64,000 nt of DNA from positions 38,316,001-38,380,000 of the forward strand of contig OX597838.1 of assembly GCA_951406725.2 (NCBI GenBank), given 5' to 3'. The notes under the pieces were generated by a model. It was given only the letters and a program-made list of their open reading frames with translations. It had not been told where the DNA came from and did not search any database. Shown in pieces: positions 29,445 to 43,639 of the stretch. Within the stretch, counting starts at the first letter, position 1, and each line of letters starts with the position of its first letter. This DNA is from Octopus vulgaris. Its lineage: Eukaryota. Position numbers and translations under genes: made by a program.

Positions 29445-29575
29445 ATAAATACAAACTGGGACAAGAACGCAACACATTTAGAAGACGATGCAAGAAACAC
29501 GGACGGTACATTCTAAGCCTTCAATCTTCAGTCAAGAACCGGATCATCCTCGCAATTTCGGCTGATTAATCTTTT
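29445..29575 (-). mobile_element. Dispersed repeat fragment, probably a Penelope-type terminal repeat; homologous to 47320-47440 (+)
   Basis: Shared AAGATTAATCA.CCGAAATTGCGAGGATGATCCGGTTCTTGACTGAAGAT; abuts microsatellite. Confidence 0.6.
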
Positions 29576-29584
29576 ATATATATA

Positions 29585-29740
29585 GGCACGGGAATGGCTG
29601 TGTGGTAAGTAGCTTGCATACCAACCACATGGTCCCGGGTTCAGTCCCACTGCGTGGCACCTTGGGCAAGTGTCTTCTACTTGCCGACCAAAGCCTTGTG
29701 AGTGGATTTGGTAGACGGAAACTGAGAAAAGCCCGTCGTA

Positions 29741-29780
<40 letters not shown>

Positions 29781-29999
29781 CGTGTGTGTTTGTGTGTCTG
29801 TGTTTGTCCCCCTAGGATTGCTTGACAGCCGATGCTGGTGTGTTTATTCCCCGTCACTTAGCGGTTCGGCAAAAGAGACCGATAGAATAAGTACTGGGCT
29901 GACAAAGAATAAGTCCCGGGTCGAGTTGCTCGATTAAAGGTGGTGCTCCAGCATGGCCGCAGTCAAATGACTGAAACAAGTGAAAGAGTAAAGAGTAAA

Positions 30000-30001
<2 letters not shown>
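29585..30001 (+). mobile_element. SINE family A, full length
   Basis: Colinear with 5541-5975. Confidence 0.92.
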
Positions 30002-30039
<38 letters not shown>

Positions 30040-30041
<2 letters not shown>

Positions 30042-30276
30042 ATGAGGGTGTCTAAAAGACACCAACATGCCGAAATAGCAGTCGAAACACTGACTATAGT
30101 ACCACGTTAAATGTTCATATCGCACCATGAGGTAAAGCGGAGGGACAAAACGTACAAGCAAAAATTATTGAATAATTGTTAAATATTGAATTGTTAAAAA
30201 TTTTTTTACCTTTGTAAGGTATTTCTTTCATGCTGGCCACTTGATAATTTCGACACTTAAATATCGATATTATCCT
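30040..30276. repeat. Dispersed repeat in (TA)n, homologous to 16373-16649
   Basis: Shared blocks such as TGCTGGCCACTTGATAAT and AAATATCGATATTATCCT. Confidence 0.75.
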
Positions 30277-30277
30277 C

Positions 30278-30340
<63 letters not shown>

Positions 30341-30342
<2 letters not shown>

Positions 30343-31960
30343 TCATCGGTTAACCTTGCCGGCCGGAGATGCATAACCTCTTTTCTAATGGAAGAAAGAA
30401 TACAGTCTTGATCAGCAGGGTGGTGAAATAAAATCCTGAATCTTGATTCTCCGAATCGAAAACCCCTTCTGAGTGAGATGGAGTTATCTAACCTTGACCG
30501 GTTCACTCCGAAAGGAGTCAGGTTATATGCGATTTCCGTACACTCGCAAGTAAGCGGGGTAATTCCATGTCTCCAACAAATTTTTTACTAATGAGGACAC
30601 AGGTTAAGCATCTGACTTTTGTAGGTTAAGGGTCTGTCGAATTATTTAAGATCCTTTCCTTTCTGTCTGGGTTAAGCGAAGTTCGCATTCTTTACTCCCT
30701 TTGACATATGGTCTACGACGTTCCAGGAGCCTCTATATCACCCTGTATGGCATTCCATCCTCTTAAACACGGTATCTAGTTGTCTAAAGCGGCGTGCTGG
30801 CAGAAACGTTAGCACGCTGGATGAAATGCTTAGCGGTATTTCGTCTGCCGTTACGTTGTGAGGTCGACTTTACCTTTCATCCTCTCGAGGTCGATAAATT
30901 AAGTACTAGTTACGCACTGGGGTCGATGTAATCGACTTAATACCTATGTCTATCCTTGTTTGTCCTCTCTATGTTTAGCCCCTTGTGGGTAGTAAAGAAA
31001 TGGGTATCTAGTTGGCTAAAAAATAAGGTACGCTTACTTGGTATCGTAAGAGGACCTGCGGTTATTTCGATGTATGTGTCCTTACCTTATCGGAGCTACT
31101 TTTATGGTTGCTGCTGTAATGGCTGCCTTTGCTGTTGTCACTGCTGTACATGCCGCCGGTACTGCTGTTGTTGTTGGTAAGCAACAATACGGGTAAGGGT
31201 GATTAGGGCTTAGGGGCGGGAGACCCCAGACCTTGGAAAAAAAACTTTGGTCGTCTTGTTGTAGTCAAGGGCTCTTCGTTGACGCCCGACACCACTGGGA
31301 GGTGGCCCTCGAAGTCGCTGGAAATGGAGATCTCCAGGTCCAAATTTTTCAACGGCTGCTGCTGCTACTGCTATCGTTTCCTTTGCTGTTGTTATTGGCA
31401 AACACCACCTGAGCTTCGGAATTGCATCAACCGACCACTTGGCATTCGCTGTTAACCATACATGAGCATTCTGCGCCTGCGCGGGATTTAGTGGCGTTCA
31501 CTAAAATCCTTTCCAATACCTATGCGTTTGGTGAAATACTTGTCCACTAATTTAACGAAAATAATTCCCACAGGTCTTGCAGTTCATGAGAAAGGTGAGT
31601 AAAACCAAATGGCCTTACGGTGGCGGTTTCTTTTCTGGTTGTTTAGGTCCCGGCATCAAGGAGATGCAGTCTTTAAAGCCCTGCTTGTCAAGACCTCGCT
31701 GTAATAGGGATCTGCAGCGTCGTGAAGCTTTTTATTCGGAGAGAGATTCGAAATCCTCAGACTGAGAACCTCCGCCAGGTACTTAAGTACAGTAGGTGGG
31801 TGGTTGGAGTCTGTGTTAATGTACGACGGCTTTGCATTCGGTTTGCGGTAGAAGCTCAATGAACTCGTGCCTAGATCGGGCGTAACATCTTTAAAGTTAA
31901 CTACGATAATATTGGTCTCAATTGTAATCTTAAAAGGCGAGAGTCGACAATATCTTTTTT
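30341..31960 (-). pseudogene. Decayed Penelope-like retroelement: RT C-terminus, linker and GIY-YIG remnants
   Basis: VNFKDVTPDL..FYRKPN..YINTDSNHPP...LRISNLS matches the Penelope RT thumb pattern (FLD..YRKP..Y..SNHP); LVDKYF linker; TYIEIT and KECEL resemble GIY-YIG motifs; interrupted by a SINE. Confidence 0.78.
30789..31002 (+). mobile_element. SINE family B with 18-bp TSD, inside the Penelope remnant
   Basis: GGTATCTAGTTG(T/G)CTAAA at 30771-30788 and 31003-31020. Confidence 0.9.
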
Positions 31961-32137
31961 TTAGTGAATATATCACACTCCAAAATGTATGCACAATTCA
32001 TATATACACAAATTCATATTATACACGCACACGCACGCAAACACACATACGAAGCCGCAATTATATTGCTTCCGCTGTATTCATACACATATATATACAT
32101 ATATATATGTACATGAATATATATATATATATGTATA

Positions 32138-32382
32138 TATTATTATTATTATCATTATCATCATCATTATTATTATTATTATCATTATTATTATTATCAT
32201 TATTATTATTATTATCATTATTATTACTACTACTACTACTACTACTACTACTATTACTACTACTATTATTATTATTATTATTATTATCATTATTATTATT
32301 GTTATTATTATTATTATTATTATTACTATTATTATTATTATTATCATTATCATTATTACTATTATTATTATTATTATCATTA

Positions 32383-32413
<31 letters not shown>

Positions 32414-32504
32414 TACTATTATTATTATTATTATTATCATTATCACTATTATTATTATTATTATTATTATTATCATTATTACTATTATTATTATTATTAT
32501 TATT
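32138..32504. repeat. (ATT)n-based microsatellite
   Basis: Direct reading. Confidence 0.97.
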
Positions 32505-32944
32505 TAGCATAATCAAGAGAGTGACTACGTATCTGTATGTATTTATGTATGTGTGCGTAGGTTTCTTTGTGTGCATGTGTGTGTGTGTGTGTTTCTATGT
32601 ATGTGTGTGTGTGTGTACATAGAATCAACAATGCTATGACATGACAATGGCGAATCGGTACAACAGCCGATTGTAAACAAGAACCGCATCAGAGAAGGAA
32701 GATTAATCACTTAACGGCGCTCAGCCGTCGACTCCTCAAGCTGAACGAATAAGTTTCTGCTTTCATTGTATGGAGCTTTAAATGGGAACGAAGCTTCGTC
32801 AAAAAATCGCCATTAGAATCTTATTGAAACACTCGATTTGTATTCAATGTTTTCACGAGAATTCCGTGTGGGTGGGTCTTTATAGTATATTATATTATAT
32901 AATATTATATATATATATATAAATATATATAACTTACTATTCTG

Positions 32945-33020
<76 letters not shown>

Positions 33021-33029
33021 CATATATAA

Positions 33030-33180
33030 AGTTAATCCAAACAAGAAAGCATAAAAAAACACAACAATGCGAGGGCGTGGAACAAATATAGTATTACTGG
33101 ACGCTCAGGAAAGAAGGAAAGAAGGAGGGTTTAACGTTTCGAGCGGTGCTCTTCGTCGGAAACATAGGAGAAGGAAAGAT
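33030..33180 (-). mobile_element. Penelope-type terminal repeat fragment with a minimal HHR-like motif (33130-33162)
   Basis: TTT-CCGACGA-A-GAGC(ACC)GCTC-GAAA-CG-TT-AAA on the minus strand; palindromic AACGTT. Confidence 0.6.
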
Positions 33181-33288
<108 letters not shown>

Positions 33289-33297
33289 ATATAAATA

Positions 33298-33710
33298 GGC
33301 GTAGGAGTTGCTGTGTGGTGAGTAGCTTGCTTACGAACCACATGGTCTCGGGTTCAGTCCCATTGCATGGCATCTTGCGCAAGTATTTTCTACTGTAGCT
33401 TCGGGCCGATCAAACCCTTATGAGTGGAATTGGTAGACGGAGACTGAAAGAAGCCCGTCGTATATATGTATATATATATGTGTATGTATGTGTGTATGTT
33501 TGTGTGACTGTGTTTGTCCCCCAACATCACTTGACAATCGATGTTGTTGTGTTTACGTCTCCGTAACCTAGCAGTTCAGCAAAACAGACCGATAGAATAA
33601 GTAGTAGGCTTCCAAAGAATAAGTCGTGGGGTCGATTTACTCGACTAAATGCGGTGCTCCAGCACAGCCACAGTCAAATGACTGAAATAAGTAAAAGAGT
33701 GAAAGCGTAA
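33298..33710 (+). mobile_element. SINE family A, full length, diverged
   Basis: Colinear with 5541-5975. Confidence 0.88.
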
Positions 33711-33764
33711 ATATATATATATATATATATATCTTTGTATGTATGTATATATGTATGTATATAT

Positions 33765-33877
33765 GGAGGCGCAATGGCCCAGTGGTTAGGGTAGCGGACT
33801 CGCGGTTGTAGGATCGTGGTTTCGATTCCCAGACCGGGCGTTGTGAGTGTTTATTGAGCGAAAACACCTAAAGCTCC
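33765..33877 (+). mobile_element. SINE family D head
   Basis: Matches 23753-23866. Confidence 0.85.
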
Positions 33878-33926
33878 CTGTTATACTTTCTCTCATCTGA
33901 TAGCCCGGTCAGTCACGGTGATCACG

Positions 33927-33963
<37 letters not shown>

Positions 33964-34181
33964 AAAGATAAAGATAAGGAAATAATTTACAGAATAGTAA
34001 CTTAACCGGTACTGACAGTGTTGTGAGTTCGAGTCTCGTGGCTGGTTGCTGGCAATTTTTTCTGCAAAATATGGATATATTAGCCTGTTCCTGCTATTCT
34101 GTTAGTATTATGTTAGCAGAATAACTTATTTCCTCATCAGCATCTTTCAATACATCTCAACACTTCTAAGGAAAACTTTGT

Positions 34182-34592
34182 AAGGAGCTGGGAGAATCGT
34201 AAGCACCCCAGGCAAAATGCTTAGCGGCATTTCGTACGTGTATACCTTCTGAGTTCAACTTCCAAGTTCAACTTTGCGTCTTATCTTTTCGAGATCGATA
34301 AAATATTGACCAGTTGAGCACTGGGGTTGATGTAATCGACTAGACTCTGCGAACTTAATTGCCGGCGTTGTGCCAAAATTTGAAAATGAATATAGATTCG
34401 AGCAAGCAGAATCGTTAGCATGTCAGCAAAATATTTTGTCTATCTGAACATTCTGGGTTCAAATTCCGCCGAACTCGACCTTGCCTGTCATCCCTTAAGG
34501 ATCGATGAAATAAGTACCACTTGAGTCCTGGGGTAGATGCTGTCAACTTAGCCCTTTACCTGAAATTACTGGCCTTCTGCAAATATTTGAAT
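34182..34592 (+). mobile_element. Two adjacent old SINE family B-like copies
   Basis: Two rounds of GCAGAATCGTTAGC / TTCTGAGTTCAA / GATAAAATA..ACC..CTGGGGT motifs. Confidence 0.65.
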
Positions 34593-34858
34593 CCACTATG
34601 TGTGCATATATTTATATTTATACATGTAAATGTATCTGAGTATGTATGCGTGTGTATATATATATATTTATATGCATATAACCATTTATATATACATATA
34701 TGTATGTATATATATATATATATTTATTTATTTATTTTATAGAAGGAGCTTCTATTTACTGTGGTTAACTCCGACTCAACCCGGGACCTATATATATATA
34801 TATATAAATATGTAGATAGATACTTAACATCTATATATATATACATGCATATATATAC

Positions 34859-34963
<105 letters not shown>

Positions 34964-35034
34964 CATACATACATACATATAATATACCGGAGTAAGCATA
35001 TAAGTGCGAAACAATGTGGAAAAAATAGTACTCG

Positions 35035-35080
35035 AAAACTGTCCGACGAACGAGAATGTGAAACTCTGAGTAACAGTTTT
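35035..35080 (+). ncRNA. Hammerhead motif with a C at position 4 and a perfect 8-bp stem I
   Basis: AAAACTGT-CCGACGA-AC(GAGAAT)GT-GAAA-CTCTGAG-TA-ACAGTTTT. Confidence 0.7.
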
Positions 35081-35115
35081 TGTGATATTTGTGCTGCTAT
35101 TTAATAAAGTACATT

Positions 35116-35218
<103 letters not shown>

Positions 35219-35297
35219 GTATATATCTCTGCGTATATAGACACATCTTATCTAGTACGGTTTTTATCACCAATTTGAATTCCTCTGAAAAAATACG

Positions 35298-35429
35298 TAA
35301 GAGGCAGCCCTGAAGATATCAGGTCACCTTTCGTTATTTTTACATCTACATCTCTTAACATGATTCGAATCCTGCAGATCCGATGCGCTGTTTACCTAGT
35401 CACCGGATCGAAACATGTGTAGGCACTTA
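35298..35429 (+). ncRNA. Type I hammerhead motif with a long stem II
   Basis: GCC-CTGAAGA-TATCAGGTCAC...GTCACCGGATC-GAAA-C(ATGT)G-TA-GGC; a few mismatches in stem II. Confidence 0.65.
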
Positions 35430-35495
35430 TTTTTATGTTAATTGATGTTACATTTATTTTAATATTAAATTCTATTAGTATTAACCTATTTGCTA

Positions 35496-35907
35496 TACTC
35501 TTTTTACTCTTTTACTTGTTTCAGTCATTTGACTGCGGCCATGCTGGAGCACCGCCTGTAGTCGAGCAAATCGACCCCGGGACTTATTCTTTGTAAGCCC
35601 AGTACTTATTCTATCGGTCTCTTTTGCCGAACCGCTAAGTGACGGGGATGTAAACACACCAGCATCGGTTGTCAAGCAATGCTAGGGGGACAAACACAGA
35701 CACACAAATACATACACTTATATATATATATATATATATACATAAATACGACAGGCTTCTTTCAGTTTCCGTCTACCAAATCCACTCACAAGGCATTGGT
35801 CGGCCCGGGGCTATAGCAGAAGACACTTGCCCAAGATGCCACGCAGTGGGACTGAACCCGGAAGCATGTGGTTGGTAAGCAAGCTATTTACCACACAGCC
35901 ACTCCTG
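35496..35907 (-). mobile_element. SINE family A, full length
   Basis: Reverse complement of 63442-63905. Confidence 0.92.
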
Positions 35908-36108
35908 CTCCTGCTATGTTTTTATTGTGTTACAAATAAAATAAGTATTCACAATATTTTTTTCTCTCTTTCCGTATATTAATATAAATATAAATTAGAC
36001 TGTTTATCCTCATATATTGAGAGAATTCTCCCAATATATCATTGAAAATACCAGCTGAAATCTGGATTTTATAATCCTTAGGAAGGACATTACATCCTCA
36101 AACTAACT

Positions 36109-36150
<42 letters not shown>

Positions 36151-36537
36151 ATAAAACGGTAAGATAACAAAAGAAAGAAAGAGACCTCAATATTATGTAA
36201 ATAGATGGTGTTGTGGATTTCCACTTCGGCATCTGAAACTCAGAGTTTTATCTTGACTACCGAGTAATGTAACATATTGTATAGATATATATATATTATA
36301 GCACAGAATCACTCATCTTGCTACAGTCAAAAATTGTGAAGCATGACTGTCAACACTACTACATGAACCCGAAGATTGCAGAATTCAATGCATGAAAGTA
36401 CTAGTTCAATCAGAATGAATATTTAACATTCTACTATTTCATTTTATTTTATTCAATTATAATATATTATCTTATAATATATCATTATAAGATTGTAAAT
36501 AAAACGTGAAAATCAGACAAGGTTGGAATTCTTTTTA

Positions 36538-36596
<59 letters not shown>

Positions 36597-37444
36597 CCGA
36601 GTAAGCACAGAAATTATGCATGCATGTGTGTATGTATGTATGTATGTGTGTATATATGTATGTATGTGTGTGTGGTATGTGTGTAAACCGCATTCGCACT
36701 CCTCACCACTACTACTACTACTCCCCACCGACGTCATCCTTATCACATTTGATTCGGCCTTTTGAATCATTGCTAACAACAAAAGCAACAATGAAATTAT
36801 CGCCACAAAAAGCGTTATGAAAGCGGACTCCTTTCTTTGCAGAGGGGGCAGGGTCCATGATCGAGTTTTTATATGAGACAGCAGAGAAACTTGACCAAAG
36901 CCAAACACCATATCAGCAGAGAGAGCTGTAGACCTCAAACGGCTGCTTCTATGCTACAAACAAAACGAACTGCAAGAAGAACTATTAAATACTGATATGC
37001 ATTCATGAAAAACAAGCAGGTTTTGTTAATGTTCTACGAGGAATATGTCTGAGAGGAAAGTGGTAAAATGTGTGCGTTTGTGTGGGAGTAAGATTCTACA
37101 CAGAAGCCCCTCGAACTCAATAATCTAGTGCAACAAATGAGGATCTATTGATCCGCCTCACATACTGTACACGTTGTTTGGTAAAATTTTAAATAAAGAT
37201 GTGCCAACAGAATTTATCATCTGGTGTGTTTTGGTCAAGAATGAGGCTGGATATCTTGTCCTAAGGTCAAGATTTGAATAAAGTTTTTAACAATTGAAGG
37301 TCAAGGTGGAAAGGCAGAATGTTTATATTCCACATGTACGATAATGCGAACCGCTTGAAGCACTTCTGTTGACTACAATAGAGGCAAGCAGGAACAAAGC
37401 CCACGCTGGGCCAAAATCACGGCCTCAGCAACAAATACAATAAT

Positions 37445-37785
37445 AAGTTTCTTTATTGGCCACACAGGGCTGCACACAGATGGGACAAATTACAAGGTAG
37501 AGCTTTTCTTTTGGGGGATGAAACACAAAAGTGGCGTAGGTTTTCGATCAAAAGGGATCGTAAAAGGAAAAAAAGAAAAAAGAAAAAAAGGAAAAGAAAC
37601 AAAAGAAAAGAAAAGAAAAAAGAAAAAAGAAGAAAAAAGAGGAAAAAAGGGGAGGAGGAAAGAACGATCAATAGGGATCGTGTATCACAGTGTCATGATG
37701 TACGGTGTAAAGGGGGAAGCAGATAAGCTTTATCCGTGGGAAGAAAAGCCTACGAAAAAGACCACGGTAACCTCGGTCAATGTTG
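37445..37785 (-). mobile_element. Probable LINE 3' UTR (pyrimidine tract, AATAAA end)
   Basis: The minus strand ends GCCCTGTGTGGCCAATAAAGAAA; no ORF; assignment to L1/Tx1 is inference. Confidence 0.4.
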
Positions 37786-39535
37786 TTATATGTTACCACA
37801 TTTGTTTGCAAGTGTGTAACCCTCTGTTTTCAATTTCACAAATGTGGTAACATACAACAAGTACAATAATAGCAAAACCTCGAAATACCAAGAGCATCAG
37901 CCAAAGCACCACTACGAACCACTGCTTAAATAGCAGCAGCAGCAGTTTCATCTGCAGCAGTAACAACAGAAACTGCTACCACAGCAGCAATAGTTGCCAT
38001 AGCAACCCCAACAATAGCAGTAGTAACATGAGCACACACATAAAAATATCGCAACACCGACCAGCTCGTGTGTTCGTGTATCTAGGACTAATTCACACAT
38101 TATGTCATTCCTATTTTTAACACAGTTAAGTATGATTTGAGGAAGATTTGGTTGTTATTTCTTGCTAATCGATCATCCGCGTAGAGGTTACTACGTCTGC
38201 TCATGGCGAGAATGCTAAAAAGCTTTCGGGGTTATTTCCTTATCCTTATTCTTTCTACAGCTAAAAATGCATTTAATACGACCATTTTCTTTTGAAAATA
38301 TCATTGCCATTCGCAGGCAACGCATTGTATATTATCGCAGCTTTCTTTGTCTTACTCTGAACTCGTACGATACCCTTAGCGTTAAGCTGTTTCACCAAAT
38401 TGTTACCATTTACGAATAGAATTCCTGTTATCTCTGTGAATTATGTTACTTTCATGGTTAAACTTCTTCTTCTTCTTCGGAGAGAGAGTGGTATGATAAT
38501 ATTTTGACGCTTCCAGTATCTCTATGTATACAGGAAATTAATTTTATTTTCTTTTACTTTCCTTTTCTTTTCTCTCTCTTTCTTTCTCTTTTTTTAACAT
38601 TTACGTATTTCAGAGAATCTTTTCCGAAGTCAGCCATCAAATAGTCTAGTTACTATGGCTATTATTTATATATTTATTTATTTATTTATTCAGCGATTCC
38701 TTCATTTATCTTGTTAGTTATTTATTTTGCCTTTGCATGGTGAATGGGGTATATTATGTAAGAGCGTACGCCTGAATCTGTGTGTGTATATGTGTGTTAG
38801 TGTATGTGCATATATGTGTGTGTGTGTATGTGTGTTAGAGTGTGTGGATAGATATATGTGTGTCTGTGTATATGCAAGTGTGTATATATCTTGTGTACGT
38901 TTTGAGCATTTTCGGCATCGCATTTAGCGAGAAAATTTTGACAGGGTTATTTTGACATCAGGGAAAGAGGTCTCTGCTTTGGTCCATCACATGACCTCTA
39001 CTTTAATGTTCATCTCGCCTTACAAGGGTTACAAGTTATATCTCGAGAAAGCGATCCAAGTCGAATGGTTTCTTACCAATCGCAGGTTACAGATTATATG
39101 TTGCAAAAACGAGATCCTATTAAACATTTAGAATAAATGGTAGGCGTTGGGAGAGATAATGTTTCATACTTTTAACATTCTTCAGCTATGAACCGAATCA
39201 TGTCAGGTTGATGTTACCTATCAAGTCTTTGTAAGCAACCGTTAGGGGAAAGTTTTAAAATCGTTTACTAATACGATGGTGAATCCCAATTCCTGTTTGG
39301 GGTTTTTGATATTTACGAAGGCATTTTATATCGGTGGTAGAGATTAACTGGAAGCAATTATTGTACGAAGGAGAGTCTGGTGGCCAGTGGATGGGAAAAT
39401 GCCATTATGCACACATCACCAGGGGTTGCCATGATGCATGAGCCATTAAGAAATCAAGTAATATAACTAGCGGGGAAGGGGTGGGGAGCTTCATCTTGAT
39501 GTAATTATACTCGCGAATAGATGTCTGTGTATATA

Positions 39536-39582
<47 letters not shown>

Positions 39583-39630
39583 AATGTGTGTGTACGTGTG
39601 CGTAGGTGTGTATATATGTATGCACGTGTC

Positions 39631-40038
39631 AGAGTGGCTGTGTGGTAAGTAGCTTGCTTACCAACCACATGGTTCCGGGTTCAGTCCCACTGTATGGCAC
39701 CTTGGGCAAGTGTCTTCTACTATAGCCTCGGGCCGACCAAAGCCTTGTGAGTGGATTTGGTAGACGGAAACTGAAAGAAGCCCGTCGTATATATGTATAT
39801 ATATATATATATATGCGTGTGTGTGTTTGTGTGTCTGTGTTTGTCCCCCTAGCATTGCTTGAGAACCGATGCTGGTGTGTTTATGTCCCCGTAACTTAGC
39901 GGTTCGGCAAAATAGACCGATAGAAAAAGTACTAGGCTTACAAAGAATAAGTCCCGGGGTCGATTTGCTCGACTAAAGGCGGTGCTCCTGCATGGCTGCA
40001 GTCAAATGACTGAACCAAGCAAAAGAGTAAAAGAGTAT
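39631..40038 (+). mobile_element. SINE family A, full length
   Basis: Colinear with 5541-5975. Confidence 0.92.
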
Positions 40039-40195
40039 ACACGCACATATGTATACACGTGTATATATATATACATCATTCATATATTTACATAGATGAT
40101 GCATAAGTACGCGTACATGTTTCTTTGGGTATATATATGCATGTATGTGTGAGTATACGTAAGTATATCGCACAGACATACATGTATGTATATTC

Positions 40196-40235
<40 letters not shown>

Positions 40236-40239
40236 CCAG

Positions 40240-40398
40240 GGTGGCTGTGTGGTAAGAAGTTTGCTTTCCAATCACGTGTTTCCGGTTTCAGTCCCTCTGC
40301 ATGGCAGCTCGAGCAATTGTCTTCTGCTTACAACCGCGGGCCAAACAAACTGTTGTGAGTGGATTTGTTAGGGGGGAAAGTGAAATAAAGCAGGTCGT
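40240..40398 (+). mobile_element. SINE family A, old 5' half
   Basis: GTGGCTGTGTGGTAAGAAGTTTGCTT...GTGAGTGGATTTG. Confidence 0.75.
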
Positions 40399-40561
40399 AA
40401 ATTCTAGAACATTGCGCAGAGTGACTCATCTAACGTGGTAATGTCTTGAGCGGGATCAATCACGCACTTTTGGCACTGCTGGTAACGACATTTGGTGCCA
40501 TGTAGACCCCGACACCCATGAACAGCCGACCTCAGTTGGAGGGCATTTGACTCGCATGAGT

Positions 40562-40983
40562 AAGGCGGTGAGCTGGCAGAATCGTTAGCGATCCGGGCGA
40601 AATGCTTTGCGGTATTTCGTCTGCCGCTACGTTCTGAGTTCAAATTCCGCCGAGGTCGACTTTGCCTTTCATCCTTTCGGGGTCGATAAATTAAGTACCA
40701 GTTAGGCACTGGGGTCGATATAATCGACTTAATACCTATGTCTGTCCATGTTTGTCTCCTCTATGTTTAGCCCCTTGTGGGTAATAACGAAATAGGTATT
40801 TCGTCTGCCGCTACGTTCTGAGTTCAAATTCCGCCGAGGTCGACTTTGCCTTTCATCCTTTCGGGGTCGATTATATAAGTACCAGTTACGCACTGCGGTC
40901 CATGTAATCGAATTAATCTAATCCGTTTGTCTGTCCTTGTTTGGCCCTCTGTGTTTAGCCCCTTGTGGGTAATAAAAAAACCA
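40562..40983 (+). mobile_element. SINE family B 1.8-mer within a single 17-bp TSD
   Basis: Second unit restarts at GGTATTTCGTCTGCC (about 40795); TSD ATTTGACTCGCATGAGT at 40545-40561 and 40984-41000. Confidence 0.92.
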
Positions 40984-41583
40984 ATTTGACTCGCATGAGT
41001 TCCTCCGCTTTTTGACAAGTCTTGTTTTCCATGTTTCAGGGTGTCCAATAATCACCCTCCTCGCCCAACGGTTTTGGTGGTGGGGTCGGTTTAGTCGCCG
41101 ACGATCCGATCATGTGAGCCACACGAGAGAGTAATGTTCAATACAGATCGATGATATTTTTTCATTGAATCAGTTTCAATAAAAGAAACTATATATTTAT
41201 GTGTGGGGGGGCGTGTGTTTGGGAGAGAGTGTGTGTGTGTGGTTTTCGTTCATGTTGGCGGGGGGGGGGTATAAAAGCATAATAAAACTGTTCAATGCAA
41301 ATTATGTTCGAAAAACGAAGAGGCTTATTTATGTAAATATATTTACGATATACAAGATATGTAATATATACAATATTAACGAATTACAGATTCATTCGAT
41401 CAATCGACCGTAGAAATGAACCAGTTGGAAAGTATGAGGTTGCTAAGTGGCGCAAGTGACATAGATCATTGCTCGCTGTCTGTTACGCATTGGGCGGCTT
41501 TCTTTTCTCAATATTACAAACACCACTTTCAATATGTTTGGATAAGTCCAAATTTATCTCGCTTTATTTATTTATCTCTTTAG

Positions 41584-42084
<501 letters not shown>

Positions 42085-42109
42085 AGGCGGCTATGTATAT
42101 ATATATATA

Positions 42110-42334
42110 TGCGTGTGTGTGTTTGTGTGTCTGTGTTTGTCCCCCTAGCATTGCTTGACAACCGATGCTGGTGTGTTTATGTCCCCGTAACTTAACGGTT
42201 CGGCAAAAGAGACCGATAGAATAAGTACTGGGCTTACAAAAGAATAAGTCCCGTGGTCGAGTTGCTCGATTAAAGGCGGTGCTCCAGCATGGCCGCAGTC
42301 AAATGACTGAAACAAGTAAAAGAGTAAAAGAGTA
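42110..42334 (+). mobile_element. SINE family A, 3' half
   Basis: Matches 5760-5975. Confidence 0.9.
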
Positions 42335-42782
42335 TATATACCAGAGCACACAGATACATATACATGTATGTATGTGTGTGCAATAAGCATAAGTGTGTTC
42401 ATGCGTGCGGTTTTGTGTGATTGTGTGTGTGGCGAGGTGTGGCATGTGTGTGTGTGTGTCTGTGTGCGTGTGTTCCTTTATACGTGTGAGATTGCGCTCG
42501 TTTGAGATGTTAGTTCAAGGAAGTTTGTGAAGAAAAGAAAGCCGGTTTTCTTAATATGTGGCATCTATCTTAACGTCTGATGGCTTATCTCTTATCTTGA
42601 TGATAGCCTCTCCTCATCCTTAATACATTGTACATACATGCGTATTGGTGTGACTGTGTATATATATATACACATTGTTTGTGAGTGAACATGTTTATCT
42701 CCCTATGTATGTATACGTATATATATATATAAACATATATATATATATATATTTATACATATGTCTGTATGTGCGTAAGTAG

Positions 42783-42847
<65 letters not shown>

Positions 42848-42940
42848 AATATGTATATATGTAAATACACTAATATGTATGTGCGTCAGTGTTTCGAAAC
42901 GTACATTTATTTGCATACACGTCTACGTTTACACACACAC

Positions 42941-42993
<53 letters not shown>

Positions 42994-43127
42994 TATAAAG
43001 TGCACACAGAAATCTTTAACATAAATGGTGTATGTTCTTGTGTGTGAATTGTTATAATATCCATACGTATCCATCTATCTATCTATCTATACCTATATAT
43101 ATATACATGTGTATATATATATATTTG

Positions 43128-43158
<31 letters not shown>

Positions 43159-43259
43159 CTGTGTGTGGGTGTGCCTGTGTGTGTGTAAATATACATGTAT
43201 ATATATATATATATATATCCATATATATGTATATATATTTATATATATATATGTATATT

Positions 43260-43314
<55 letters not shown>

Positions 43315-43639
43315 TCATTCATACATATATATATACATACATACATACATACAATACGCGCACATATATATATGTATACACATATATACATCCTTATACA
43401 CGGACATAATAGGTTATCTATAAATATGAAAGCGGTGGTAGTTTACGTTTGGCTTGACTACTATTCTGGTGAGGTGTGGCGGGTTTTGGTGGGCTGTGGT
43501 CACCATAGATAGATTGTCTGGGGTGTAATATGATCGGATTTAGCCATTGTTAATGGCGATCATGAAGTTCGTCTTGTTAACGTTGATGTCACTCTGCTTG
43601 TGGTATGTGTGGCATTGGTCGATGCCAAGTTGATGGCGG

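Noticed and set aside
33960-34152. CTGATGA on the minus strand with a GGAAATAA stem
   Set aside because: No GAAA or UH follows; the pairing comes from a short terminal inverted duplication
36850-37330. Possible second Tc1 remnant
   Set aside because: Only faint motif resemblance, no terminal repeats or catalytic motifs readable by eye
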